This document shows positions 18,508-28,128 of a DNA stretch of 64,000 bases, one piece after another; the first letter of the stretch is position 1; the number at the start of each line of letters is the position of its first letter. Under the pieces are notes generated by a model. That model did not search any database and was not told where the DNA came from. It saw only the letters and a program-made list of their open reading frames with translations. The translations under genes and the position numbers were made by a program. The stretch comes from Nitrospirota bacterium (GTDB taxonomy: Bacteria > Nitrospirota > UBA9217), in assembly GCA_963845065.1 (NCBI GenBank), contig CAWJQQ010000005.1:320001-384000 (forward strand), read 5' to 3'.

Positions 18508-19320
18508 CTAAATGTACAACACCCCCTCGCAAATCACTTCGGCATTCCCTTCAAGGTGAATACTGGTAAATTCCTCTCCGCTCCGCTCGAATGATACCGT
18601 GAGCTTTTCTCCGCCAAAAGTGTGGACCTCGACTGGTGAAAAAACAGCGCCAAGAGCGCCTGAGACGAGAGCGCCCGCGACCGAGCCCGTGCCACAAGCA
18701 AGCGTTTCACCCTCCACACCTCGTTCATAGGTCCTGATGCGGAGCCTGTGTTTGTTCTGTATCTGGATGAAGTTCACATTCGTGCCAGCGGGCTTGAAAA
18801 GATCATGATAGCGCGTTGTTCTGCCAATACGGTCTACATCTTCATTGTCGATATCCTTCGACAAATATACCAGGTGAGGCACACCGGTGTCTAGGAAATG
18901 GCCCATGCGTATGCCGCTTTCAAGCGGTACGGCAATATTCATGCGGAGTCCTGCGGCGTCTGTTAGCTGGACCCTGACCGTATCCCTTTTGACATGTGCG
19001 TGAATGGTTCCTACGAGCGTCTCGAAAGCCATGTCCTTTTTTGCAATTTTTTTGATTAGCGCAAAGCGTGCGGCGCAGCGGGATCCATTGCCGCACATCC
19101 CAGCCTCACTGCCATCGGCATTGAAGAACCGCCATTTGAAATCGACTTTTTTCGACAGAACTATCACGATTAAGCCATCAGCGCCAACTGAGTAATGCCG
19201 GTGGCAGACCGCCACTGCCAAGTCTTTCAAGCTTTTCCCCTTCAGGATGTCCCTGCGGTTGTCGATCAGGATGAAATCGTTGCCGCTGCCCTGCATTTTA
19301 AAGAATGGTATTTTTTTCAT
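18508..19320 (-). CDS. dapF: Diaminopimelate epimerase
   Basis: KMQGSGNDF, NADGS...MCGNG.RC, ERGVEGETLACGTG. Confidence 0.96.
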   Translation of the reverse strand: MKKIPFFKMQGSGNDFILIDNRRDILKGKSLKDLAVAVCHRHYSVGADGLIVIVLSKKVDFKWRFFNADGSEAGMCGNGSRCAARFALIKKIAKKDMAFETLVGTIHAHVKRDTVRVQLTDAAGLRMNIAVPLESGIRMGHFLDTGVPHLVYLSKDIDNEDVDRIGRTTRYHDLFKPAGTNVNFIQIQNKHRLRIRTYERGVEGETLACGTGSVAGALVSGALGAVFSPVEVHTFGGEKLTVSFERSGEEFTSIHLEGNAEVICEGVLYI

Positions 19321-19415
19321 AAATACCTCGGCATGACAATAAATTCGAAGGCCATCAAATACTACTGTAAATTTGTCTTCGAGTCTTAAAATGACTTCGC
19401 GGTCAATCGCAGGAT

Positions 19416-20681
19416 TTATCCCGCCAGCCACCGCGGTATCTTCTCACCCTTGATGAGATCGTTGTAAGTTTCACGCTCGCGAATGACGAAATATTCGCTG
19501 CCTCGGACCATCACCTCGGCAATACGGAGGCGTGAGTTATAGTTTGACGACATGGAAAAACCATAGGCCCCGCCACTCATAACGGCGAGGAGATCGCCCC
19601 GCTGCACCAAAGGCAATTCGCGTTCCTTGGCCAGAAAATCGCCGGACTCGCAGATGGGACCAACGACATCGAATACGTCCTGCTCCAGCGTCGGCGACTG
19701 CTCGACTACAGGCTTAATCTCGTGGTATGCTTCATAGAGGCTCGGGCGAATAAGATCGTTCATTCCCGCATCGACAATAACAAATTTTTTCTCACCGCTA
19801 CTTTTGTGGTAGAGGACACTCGTCACCAGAATGCCTGCATTCCCGACGATTGCCCGGCCAGGCTCCAGCACAAGCGTGCAACCACACGACTTCAACAGCG
19901 GTTTTATTGCTTGAGCCAGTTCCTTGGGGTGTGGCGGCGTTTCGTCCTTATAGGTGATGCCGAGCCCCCCGCCGATATCGATGCATTTGATACTCATGCC
20001 GGCTGACTTGAGCTCCTTTACGAATGCAACGACCTTTTCGAGTGCTTCAACGAAGGGCTGGATCTCTGTAATCTGCGACCCAATGTGGTGGTGTATGCCG
20101 ACGACATCCACATGAGGGAGGGACTTCGCAATTTGGTAATATTCGAGCGCCTGCTCAATCGGGATGCCAAACTTGTTCTCCTTCAGTCCCGTCGCAATAT
20201 AAGCATGCGTTTTGGGGTCGATGTTCGGGTTTACCCGCAACGCGATGCGTGCCTTGGACCGCATTTCGCCAGCCGCTTCGTCCAGCGCCCGAAGTTCGTC
20301 TCCCGATTCGACATTGAACATGTGAATGCCGATTTTGAGCGCATATTCGATCTCGTCCTTGCGTTTACCTACGCCAGCAAAAACGATTTTTTTCGGGTCG
20401 ATGCCGGCACGAAGCGCCCGGAACAGTTCTCCGCCGGAAACAATGTCCGCGCCGGCACCCTCTCGACCCAACAGCCGGAGAACGGCGCTGTTCGAGTTGG
20501 ACTTCAAGGCATAGCAGATTAGGTGAGGAATGCCGGTGAAAGCGCTGTCGAAGGCACGGAAATGCATGGCGAGCGTGTTGCTGCTGTATAAGTAGAATGG
20601 CGTGCCGACACGCTGTGCTACAGTTTTTATCGGCACACCTTCGCAGTACAGTTCGCCTTTTTTATATTGAAAATCATGCAT
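19416..20681 (-). CDS. lysA: Diaminopimelate decarboxylase
   Basis: YALKSN, HIGSQI, DIGGG, EPGR, GPICESGD, GAYG.SMSSNYN. Confidence 0.97.
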   Translation of the reverse strand: MHDFQYKKGELYCEGVPIKTVAQRVGTPFYLYSSNTLAMHFRAFDSAFTGIPHLICYALKSNSNSAVLRLLGREGAGADIVSGGELFRALRAGIDPKKIVFAGVGKRKDEIEYALKIGIHMFNVESGDELRALDEAAGEMRSKARIALRVNPNIDPKTHAYIATGLKENKFGIPIEQALEYYQIAKSLPHVDVVGIHHHIGSQITEIQPFVEALEKVVAFVKELKSAGMSIKCIDIGGGLGITYKDETPPHPKELAQAIKPLLKSCGCTLVLEPGRAIVGNAGILVTSVLYHKSSGEKKFVIVDAGMNDLIRPSLYEAYHEIKPVVEQSPTLEQDVFDVVGPICESGDFLAKERELPLVQRGDLLAVMSGGAYGFSMSSNYNSRLRIAEVMVRGSEYFVIRERETYNDLIKGEKIPRWLAG

Positions 20682-20744
20682 GATGCACCTTGTCTACCTT
20701 GTGGATACACAACCTTGAAGAAAGATGGCGTTTCAGTTGTCGAC

Positions 20745-21848
20745 TTACTTTCTTTTCAATTTATCAATCGTGAATGAATCCTCGCCGAGATTCTCGACTT
20801 TAACCTTGATCTCGTGCGAATACTCGCTTTCATTGCCAGACTGGTCCACTGCGGTAACAACGTAGTAATAGGTCTTACCTACCTGGACCGTTGCGTCCGA
20901 ATACGTTGTGCGCAGAAGTAACTTGTCCGTCAAACGATCGTAGTCTTTGCCGTGCTTCGTAGAGCGATACACATGATACCCGGCAAGGTCTGACTCCTTG
21001 TTTTCATTCCAGGAGAGGAACACCCTGCCAATCCCCGGTACCGATCTTAGCCCCGTCGGTCTATGTGGCGGCGTCAAGTGCTTCGGCGTGGCCTTTACCT
21101 CTACAGAATCAAGGCTCTCTATCCAGGGCTGAACCGGACCGTTAACGGAACGGACAATGTAATAGTACGTTCTGTTGTTTACGGCGCCTGTATCTTTATA
21201 CGATGTCGCAGTGAGCGGGTCCTTGTTCAATGGAGGCTCATCATATATGCCCTGTTCAGTGCCGCGGTAGATATTGTATCCAATGAAGCCCTTATATGGG
21301 CTATCGTCCGCCCAGGTTGTAACCGCTTCCCAGGTGATGAAATTAAAACTATCTCCACCCAACGCTTTAACGCCCTTGGGTGGTGCGGGGCCCAAGAGCG
21401 GTGTGATCCGCACTTCGGCGGATTGATTACTGACTCCGCCACGAATGCTCACTGCTCTGATTCGATAGCCGTAGGTGTAGCCGTATTTCACATAAGCGTC
21501 GGACCAGACGACGATACCGTTCCGAATATTTGCCGGCGCTGGATTTGCCATCTTCAGCTCTACATACTGCTTGTACCGCGCCTTCTTCCGTTCGCGCCCG
21601 AACTCGGCCCTGTATACGCGAAACAGCAGAATATCTGCAGGCTTCATGTCTACGCCTTCCACATTTTTGGTCGGAACCGGCCACGACAAAAAAGCGATTG
21701 AGTCACGGGTTACAGCTTTGATGTTTTTCACCTGCTCAGGTCTCGGGCTGGCGGGTATAAGCGGATCAGTTTTTAAAGCGCACGCTGTGGCGAACGTCAG
21801 CACTAACGCCAGAGAGGCAGCAATACGCCACCGAGTTCCGGTATTCAT
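20745..21848 (-). CDS. Lipoprotein with three fibronectin type III domains
   Basis: Lipobox-like FATAC; three repeats with W...GYNIYR / Y.D..V..G.TYYY.V.AV; ATGA overlap with argH stop. Confidence 0.8.
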   Translation of the reverse strand: MNTGTRWRIAASLALVLTFATACALKTDPLIPASPRPEQVKNIKAVTRDSIAFLSWPVPTKNVEGVDMKPADILLFRVYRAEFGRERKKARYKQYVELKMANPAPANIRNGIVVWSDAYVKYGYTYGYRIRAVSIRGGVSNQSAEVRITPLLGPAPPKGVKALGGDSFNFITWEAVTTWADDSPYKGFIGYNIYRGTEQGIYDEPPLNKDPLTATSYKDTGAVNNRTYYYIVRSVNGPVQPWIESLDSVEVKATPKHLTPPHRPTGLRSVPGIGRVFLSWNENKESDLAGYHVYRSTKHGKDYDRLTDKLLLRTTYSDATVQVGKTYYYVVTAVDQSGNESEYSHEIKVKVENLGEDSFTIDKLKRK

Positions 21849-23254
21849 CTCATTTTTTTGAGCATCTGAAGACGTTTTTTCAGGTTCACGGGGGCTGTCC
21901 CGCCGTAGGAGGTCCTTCTGGTTACAGATGTTTCTATGGAGATGGCATCGTAGACATCTTCGCTGATCTGCGGCGAGAGCTTCCGGTACTCCGTAAGTGA
22001 CATGTCGCCGAGTCCGCATCCCAATTCAGTAGCGCGTAGTACGGCTCGGCCGACAATTTCATGCGCACGGCGGAAGGGGATGTTTTTTCTAACCAGGTAA
22101 TCAGCAAGGTCGGTGGCTGTTATGAAACCGTCTTCAGCTGCTTGCTGCATCGTCTTTTCATGGATCGAGACGCTCTTGAGCATCTCGGCCATGACCGTGA
22201 CAGACATCGATACCGTATCCACGGTATCAAAGAGCGGTTCTTTATCCTCCTGCATATCACGATTATAGGCAAGCGGAAGCCCCTTCATGAGTGTCAGGAG
22301 CGCCATAAGATTGCCATAGACCCGACCTGTCTTTCCGCGCGTGAGCTCTGCCACATCGGGATTTTTTTTCTGCGGCATGATCGAAGATCCAGTAGCGAAT
22401 GCATCTGACAGCGAGATGAACCCGAATTCCGACGACGACCAGATGACGAGTTCCTCGGACAAGCGAGAAAGGTGCATCATGATCTGAGAGCAGGAAGAAA
22501 TGAACTCTATAGCGAAATCCCTGTCAGACACGGCGTCCATGCTGTTCTCGCTCACACTACCGAATGAGAGCTGCTTAGCCACGAATTTTCGGTCTATGGG
22601 AAGCACTGTGCCCGCGAGAGCCCCGGCGCCCAGCGGCATGATATTAACACGCCGGAAACAGTCTTCGAGACGGCCCCGGTCGCGTTCGAACATTTCGTAA
22701 TAAGCGAGCAGATGATGGCCCAGAAGAACGGGTTGTGCCCGTTGGAGATGTGTGTATCCAGGCAGAACCACATGCTGATGTTGATCGGCAAGCAATACTA
22801 TAGTCTTTTGTAGCGATCTCAGAAGATATCGGATGCTGGTGATTTTATCGCGTAGATACATGCGGATATCGAGAGCTACCTGGTCGTTTCTGCTACGAGC
22901 TGTATGAAGTTTCCCACCTACGGGACCGATCTTTTCTATGAGCCGGTTCTCGATGTTCATGTGGATATCTTCGAGCTCGATCTTGAACGTAAAAGAGCCG
23001 GACGCAATTTCCCTAAGGATGTCATCCAGTCCCTTGACGATCCTGCGAGCCTCCGTCTTAGTAATAATACCGGTCTTCGCCAGCATAGCTGCATGGGCAA
23101 TACTGCCTGCGATATCATAGGGGTAGAGCCGCCAGTCGTAGGGGATCGAAGCGGTAAACTCTTCAACGAGTCCATTCGTGGCTGCGGTAAAGCGTCCACC
23201 CCAGGGCTTGGTTGTCTTCCCGACTGTTTTTATTATTTTTGTCTTCTTTGCCAT
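21845..23254 (-). CDS. argH: Argininosuccinate lyase
   Basis: [36 protein letters not shown]. Confidence 0.97.
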   Translation of the reverse strand: MAKKTKIIKTVGKTTKPWGGRFTAATNGLVEEFTASIPYDWRLYPYDIAGSIAHAAMLAKTGIITKTEARRIVKGLDDILREIASGSFTFKIELEDIHMNIENRLIEKIGPVGGKLHTARSRNDQVALDIRMYLRDKITSIRYLLRSLQKTIVLLADQHQHVVLPGYTHLQRAQPVLLGHHLLAYYEMFERDRGRLEDCFRRVNIMPLGAGALAGTVLPIDRKFVAKQLSFGSVSENSMDAVSDRDFAIEFISSCSQIMMHLSRLSEELVIWSSSEFGFISLSDAFATGSSIMPQKKNPDVAELTRGKTGRVYGNLMALLTLMKGLPLAYNRDMQEDKEPLFDTVDTVSMSVTVMAEMLKSVSIHEKTMQQAAEDGFITATDLADYLVRKNIPFRRAHEIVGRAVLRATELGCGLGDMSLTEYRKLSPQISEDVYDAISIETSVTRRTSYGGTAPVNLKKRLQMLKKMR

Positions 23255-23378
23255 GATGAGCAATTAACCTGTTTAAGATGCCTCATGTGTTTCGTCGTGG
23301 GTTTAGCAGAACGTCCTAGTCCGGAATTGTATCCCATGGACTGCTTCCTCACAATTTGCTGAATTCTCTAACTTGATT

Positions 23379-24584
23379 TTACGAATTGCCTATTTTACTC
23401 CCGACCCTGAGTCGAAGAGCATTCAGCCGGATGAATCCTTCCGCATCCTTCTGATTGTAAACTTGGTCCGCTTCGAAAGTCGCAAGCTCGGGATTGTATA
23501 GAGACACAGCGGACTTACGTCCAATGGTGTCGCAGTTGCCCTTGTAAAGCTTCAGCCGAGCCGTTCCGGTTACGTTTTTTTGCGACTCATCAACCAAGGC
23601 CTGGAGCATAAGACGTTCGGGTGCGAACCAGTATCCATAGTACACGAGCTCTGCATACCGGGAAACCAGGCTGTCCCGGAGATGCATGGCCTCACGGTCC
23701 ATGGTAATAGACTCAACGGCACGGTGCGCGGCATGGAGCAGCGTACCACCTGGTGTTTCATATACACCGCGAGACTTCATGCCGACGTAGCGGTTCTCGA
23801 CGAGATCAACTCTGCCGACACCGTGGATGCCAGCAATACGGTTCGCCTCGGCTAGGAGAGCGGCAGGGGACATCTGTTTGCCGTTGATCGCGACGGGATT
23901 TCCGGTTAAGTATTCAACTTCCACATTCTCGGCATTGTCCGGGGCCTTTTCTATCGGCACGGCCATTGTGAACATGTCACTCGTTGATTCTTGCCACGGG
24001 TCTTCGAGTACGCCCCCTTCATAGCTGATATGCAGCAGATTGCGGTCGGTCGAATAGGGCTTCGACTTGGTCGCCGCAACAGGAATCCTGTGCTTCTCGG
24101 CATAAGCAATTAATTCCTCGCGGCTTTTCATTGTCCAATCGCGCCAGGGAGCAATGATTTTCACGTCAGGCTTGAGAGCAAAATATGTGAGTTCAAAGCG
24201 AACCTGGTCGTTCCCCTTGCCCGTCGCACCGTGACAAACTGCGTCGGCACCTTCCCGATCTACAATCTCGATCTGGCGCTTTGCAATCAACGGCCGTGCA
24301 ATCGAAGTGCCCAGGAGATAGCGGCCTTCGTACACGGCATTTGCGCGTAGCATAGGAAATACAAAATCCCTGACGAATTCCTCCCGGAGATCATCGATAT
24401 AAATCTTACTCGCGCCCGTATTGATAGCTTTCTCTCGGAGCTGTTCGAGTTCCTCGCCCTGGCCGATATCGGCAGTAAATGCAATCACCTCGCACGCGTA
24501 GGTCTCCTTGAGCCATGTGATAATAACCGATGTATCAAGCCCCCCGGAATAGGCAACGACAATTTTTTTTACGTCCTGATTCAC
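23379..24584 (-). CDS. argG: Argininosuccinate synthase
   Basis: [39 protein letters not shown]. Confidence 0.98.
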   Translation of the reverse strand: MNQDVKKIVVAYSGGLDTSVIITWLKETYACEVIAFTADIGQGEELEQLREKAINTGASKIYIDDLREEFVRDFVFPMLRANAVYEGRYLLGTSIARPLIAKRQIEIVDREGADAVCHGATGKGNDQVRFELTYFALKPDVKIIAPWRDWTMKSREELIAYAEKHRIPVAATKSKPYSTDRNLLHISYEGGVLEDPWQESTSDMFTMAVPIEKAPDNAENVEVEYLTGNPVAINGKQMSPAALLAEANRIAGIHGVGRVDLVENRYVGMKSRGVYETPGGTLLHAAHRAVESITMDREAMHLRDSLVSRYAELVYYGYWFAPERLMLQALVDESQKNVTGTARLKLYKGNCDTIGRKSAVSLYNPELATFEADQVYNQKDAEGFIRLNALRLRVGSKIGNS

Positions 24585-24640
24585 TGGTTACTCCGCATTT
24601 CGCAATCACGCTGCTTCCATTCGACAGTACATGTAGGTGT

Positions 24641-24844
24641 TCATTTTGAGCCAGCATTCCATTGCTTCCCACATTTATGACAGGTAATTAGTACTTTTTA
24701 CTTCCGAGGGAACCAGCCAACACATGCCAAGTGGATCAGCGACAAACAATCCACCCGCTGCCTTGTTGCAGTGTCAGATCCCTTTTTATCAAAACTAAGT
24801 TGGGTAGAGCCGCACTTTGGACACTTAAGTGCTTCGTCTGGCAC
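24641..24844 (-). pseudogene. Frameshifted small zinc-ribbon/glycine-zipper protein
   Basis: Pieces in successive frames: MPDEALKCPKCGSTQLSFDKKG / KAAGGLFV..PLGM / LAGSLGSKK / VLITCHKCGKQWNAGSK*. Confidence 0.6.
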
Positions 24845-24859
24845 ATATAATAAGAACTC

Positions 24860-25345
24860 TCAATCTTCTTCGATCTTCACCCTCATCTCAATTCGTTCGT
24901 TAGGGTTGTCATTTTTGTCGCGGGGCTGCGAGACGATCTTGTCTACCACCTCGATCCCATTTTCCACTTCACCGAAGACCGTATATTGATGGTCCAGGAA
25001 CGCCGAATCCTTCACGCAGATGAAGAACTGGGATCCAGCGCTGTCCGGACTGGCCGCTCGTGCCATGGAAAGGGTTCCTCGTTTGTGCGGACGCGAATTG
25101 AACTCGGCCTTGATGGTGTAGCCCGGTCCGCCCGTGCCGTGTTTGCTTTTATTCGGGTCCTTTGAGTTCGGGTCGCCGCCCTGGATCATGAAACCGGGGA
25201 TCACCCGGTGGAACGTGGTGCCGTCATAAAAGCCCTTGTTAGCCAAATCGACGAAGTTCTTTACATGTCCCGGTGCAACCTCGGAAAAGAATTTCAGGGT
25301 GATGGTGCCGAATTTGGTCTCCAATACGGCTTTTGAATTCGCCAT
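24860..25345 (-). CDS. Cyclophilin-type peptidyl-prolyl cis-trans isomerase (cytoplasmic)
   Basis: FHRVIPGFMIQGGDP, LSMAR, SAGSQFFI, YTVFGEV; GGAGG RBS. Confidence 0.95.
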   Translation of the reverse strand: MANSKAVLETKFGTITLKFFSEVAPGHVKNFVDLANKGFYDGTTFHRVIPGFMIQGGDPNSKDPNKSKHGTGGPGYTIKAEFNSRPHKRGTLSMARAASPDSAGSQFFICVKDSAFLDHQYTVFGEVENGIEVVDKIVSQPRDKNDNPNERIEMRVKIEED

Positions 25346-25465
25346 GGTTGTTGCCTCCACACTGTTAATGGAAATGGACCAGTTTCATGGTCCATGAGAT
25401 TCTGCACACTTTATACTCTGTGCTACGAACTCCAAACTGCGAACTTTATATGAATAATTTTGTAC

Positions 25466-26068
25466 CTACTTGCCTTCTACGATCTTCACCTTCATCTCGA
25501 TGCGGTCATTGGGGTTGTCGTTTGCGTCACGCGGCTGCGTGACGATCTTATCGACCACCTCCATGCCGCTTACCACCTCTCCGAACACTGTATATTGCCT
25601 ATTCAGGAACGGCGCGTCCGCAACACAAATAAAGAACTGCGAACCCGCGCTGTTGGGGTCGTTCGCCCGAGCCATGGAAAGCGTGCCGCGTTTGTGCGGC
25701 CGGTCGCTGAACTCGGCGGGAATGGTGTATCCAGGACCACCCGTGCCATAGGCCTGGCGCTTAGCAGGGTCCTTGGAGATGGGGTCGCCCCCCTGGATCA
25801 TAAAACCCGGGATTACACGGTGGAATACTGTGTTATTATAGACGCCCTTCTTGGCAAGGTCGATGAAGTTCTTCACATGCCCCGGTGCGACATCAGGAAA
25901 GAACTTCAAGGTGATGTTCCCGAACTTGGTCTCAAGGACCGCAGTGGTCGACGACATTTTTTTGATTTCCTGTTTATTAAATTTTACCGGTGACTGCTGC
26001 GCGAATGATGGCACAGCGCACAATAGCCCAATTAATAGCAGGATAAGAACGATAAGCACTTTTCTCAT
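25466..26068 (-). CDS. Cyclophilin-type PPIase with signal peptide (periplasmic)
   Basis: Same cyclophilin motifs plus N-terminal signal peptide MRKVLIVLILLLIGLLCAVPSFA. Confidence 0.95.
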   Translation of the reverse strand: MRKVLIVLILLLIGLLCAVPSFAQQSPVKFNKQEIKKMSSTTAVLETKFGNITLKFFPDVAPGHVKNFIDLAKKGVYNNTVFHRVIPGFMIQGGDPISKDPAKRQAYGTGGPGYTIPAEFSDRPHKRGTLSMARANDPNSAGSQFFICVADAPFLNRQYTVFGEVVSGMEVVDKIVTQPRDANDNPNDRIEMKVKIVEGK

Positions 26069-26204
26069 GTAATTATGCCCTCCCTCGGGTAGGAAAAAAC
26101 AAGCTTATGCTTTTTGAACAGACAAGATATACATTTTTACCAGAAACCCGGAGATATGTCAAACAAAACCAGAGGCTTGCGTGATTTTGATCCCATGGAT
26201 ATAT

Positions 26205-26375
26205 GTTCCAGTAGGAAAATCAGCTCAGTTCAATATGCCGAGCACCCGGAACCGGCAAAGCGGGGGTGGGGATCCTGTGGCTCGCTCCGTTGGACAGGCT
26301 GCGTTAGATCAGTGGTCGCCTCAGCCTCCGATGCTCGACTATTCCACGCTTTCAATTGCAGGAGTTTTCTGGTAC
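26205..26375 (-). ncRNA. Candidate rod-shaped structured RNA
   Basis: Minus strand: ~22-nt imperfect stem with G.U pairs (AATAGTCGAGCATCGGAGGCTG / CCGGTTCCGGGTGCTCGGCATATT), internal bubble, apical CCTGT/ACAGG stem; TAAAAT just upstream. Confidence 0.35.
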
Positions 26376-26430
26376 TATTTTAAGCAGTCTCGCGGATGAG
26401 GAATAGGTATACCGTCGAAAGGAGGGCAAT

Positions 26431-26856
26431 ATGGTGCAGAAGGCAAGCGGCAAGCTTACGGAACTGCTGAATAAGGCGATTGCACGGGAGATCCAGGTGA
26501 GCGTCCAGTATATGTGGCAACACGTGATGGCGAAGGGTCTGGAATCAGCTGAGTTGGCCGACGTGTTCAAGGACATTGCTGTCACGGAAATGAAGCATGC
26601 GGAAAAGATAGCAGAGCGACTCTTCTATTTTGCAATTCATCCGACAATCTCTCCGAATCCCATTAACGTCGGAGGCAATATCAGACACATGCTTGAGGTC
26701 GATGCACAAGCAGAGGTGGAGGCTATCGAACTCTACAAGGAAATTATCAGACAAGCCATATCAGAAGGTGACTCGACAACGAGACTGCTGTTTGAGGAGA
26801 TCCTCGCTGAAGAGGAAGACCACCACGACATGTTCACGACCCTTCTCGGGAATTAG
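26431..26856 (+). CDS. Ferritin-like / bacterioferritin-family di-iron protein
   Basis: E..QY, EMKHAE, E..AI..Y, EEDHH di-iron ligands. Confidence 0.88.
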   Translation: MVQKASGKLTELLNKAIAREIQVSVQYMWQHVMAKGLESAELADVFKDIAVTEMKHAEKIAERLFYFAIHPTISPNPINVGGNIRHMLEVDAQAEVEAIELYKEIIRQAISEGDSTTRLLFEEILAEEEDHHDMFTTLLGN

Positions 26857-26963
26857 GGTCTTTTTAGCAGCATGAGACTCCCTCCTCACCTCGCTCCTGT
26901 ACCCTCTCCGGAGAGGAAAAGGGCCTCTATCACTCGGGGGAGAGTGGACATCTGGAAAACACA

Positions 26964-27809
26964 ATGAAGATAGTCAACGACATACTTGAAATGCAGTCCC
27001 TCGCGGAAACCGTTAGAAGGCAAGGAAGAATGATCGGCTTCGTGCCTACCATGGGGTTTTTGCATGAAGGCCATATTGCACTTATTCGTCAGGCACGGCA
27101 AGCCTGTCATGTCGCAGTTGTTAGCATCTTTGTCAATCCAACCCAGTTCGGGCCAAATGAAGACTTTGAGCGATATCCCCGTGATGAAGAAGGTGATCGA
27201 AAAAAGTGCGAAGCTGCGGAGGTCGACGTTCTATTCATTCCAAAGGTTTCCGAGATGTATCCGGAAAAGCCTAGCGTATTCGTTACAGTGGAGGGAGTAT
27301 CAGAGATACTGGAAGGTAAGGTCCGGCCCGGCCATTTCCGCGGTGTGGCTTCGGTGGTGAATAAACTTTTTAACATTGTGAAGCCTCATAAGGCATTTTT
27401 TGGTCAGAAGGACTATCAGCAGTGCGTAGTAATCAAGCGAATGGTGAAAAACCTGAATATTGACGTCGAGATCATTGTACACCCAACTATCCGTGAGCAT
27501 GACGGTCTTGCCATGAGCTCAAGGAACACCTATTTGAATGCCGACGAAAGGCCTGCGGCACAGGTACTCTTCCGAGCGCTATCGGCTGCTAGCGACCTGT
27601 TCATCGCAGGAATGAGAGCGCCCGAAAAAATAAAGGACAAGATACACGCCATCCTCCAAGGTGAGCCCAGCGTCGAGATTGATTATGTAGAGCTTGTTGA
27701 CCCCGAAAACCTCACGCCTCTCGAAACCCCGCGAAATACTATGGCAATCCTTGTTGCCGTCCGTTTGGGTCGTACGAGATTGATTGATAATATTCTCATT
27801 CAGGAATAA
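26964..27809 (+). CDS. panC: Pantoate--beta-alanine ligase
   Basis: FVPTMGFLHEGH, SIFVNPTQF, RPGHF.GV, FGQKDYQQ, GLAMSSRN, RLIDN. Confidence 0.97.
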   Translation: MKIVNDILEMQSLAETVRRQGRMIGFVPTMGFLHEGHIALIRQARQACHVAVVSIFVNPTQFGPNEDFERYPRDEEGDRKKCEAAEVDVLFIPKVSEMYPEKPSVFVTVEGVSEILEGKVRPGHFRGVASVVNKLFNIVKPHKAFFGQKDYQQCVVIKRMVKNLNIDVEIIVHPTIREHDGLAMSSRNTYLNADERPAAQVLFRALSAASDLFIAGMRAPEKIKDKIHAILQGEPSVEIDYVELVDPENLTPLETPRNTMAILVAVRLGRTRLIDNILIQE

Positions 27810-27828
27810 TAAGTTTCACATGCGCAGC

Positions 27829-27978
27829 CACTACCCGGTGGGTGCTGCCGGCTGTCACGGAGAGCGACCGTGGGTATGGTGGCTGCTAAGGAACTAAAAC
27901 GTCTACGTGACATTACGAAGAAGGGTGTTCAACTCACAACGAAATGCCCCAGGTTTTATAACCATGGGGAGAGGTCAG
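27829..27978 (+). mobile_element. Orphan IS605 right end with omegaRNA-like scaffold
   Basis: Ends in hairpin CCCCAGGTTTTATAACCATGGGG plus AGAGGTCAG, like the right end at 45512; ~110 nt of upstream sequence resembles tnpB 3' regions; no tnpB ORF. Confidence 0.55.
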
Positions 27979-28068
27979 GAGAATCACTAACGGCGAGTTT
28001 GCGTTGACGGTGACGGTTGTCACCGCTTCGTCTCCACGTGGCGGCGGGAGCCTATTGTGCTTCTTAGC

Positions 28069-28101
28069 GAAAAAGCTGATGCATACCATTTGCATCGGCT
28101 G
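28069..28101 (-). terminator. Rho-independent terminator downstream of rng
   Basis: AGCCGATGCA-loop-TGCATCAGCT followed by TTTT on minus strand. Confidence 0.65.
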
Positions 28102-28128
28102 TGCACGACCGCATGCTGGAAGGTTTTT

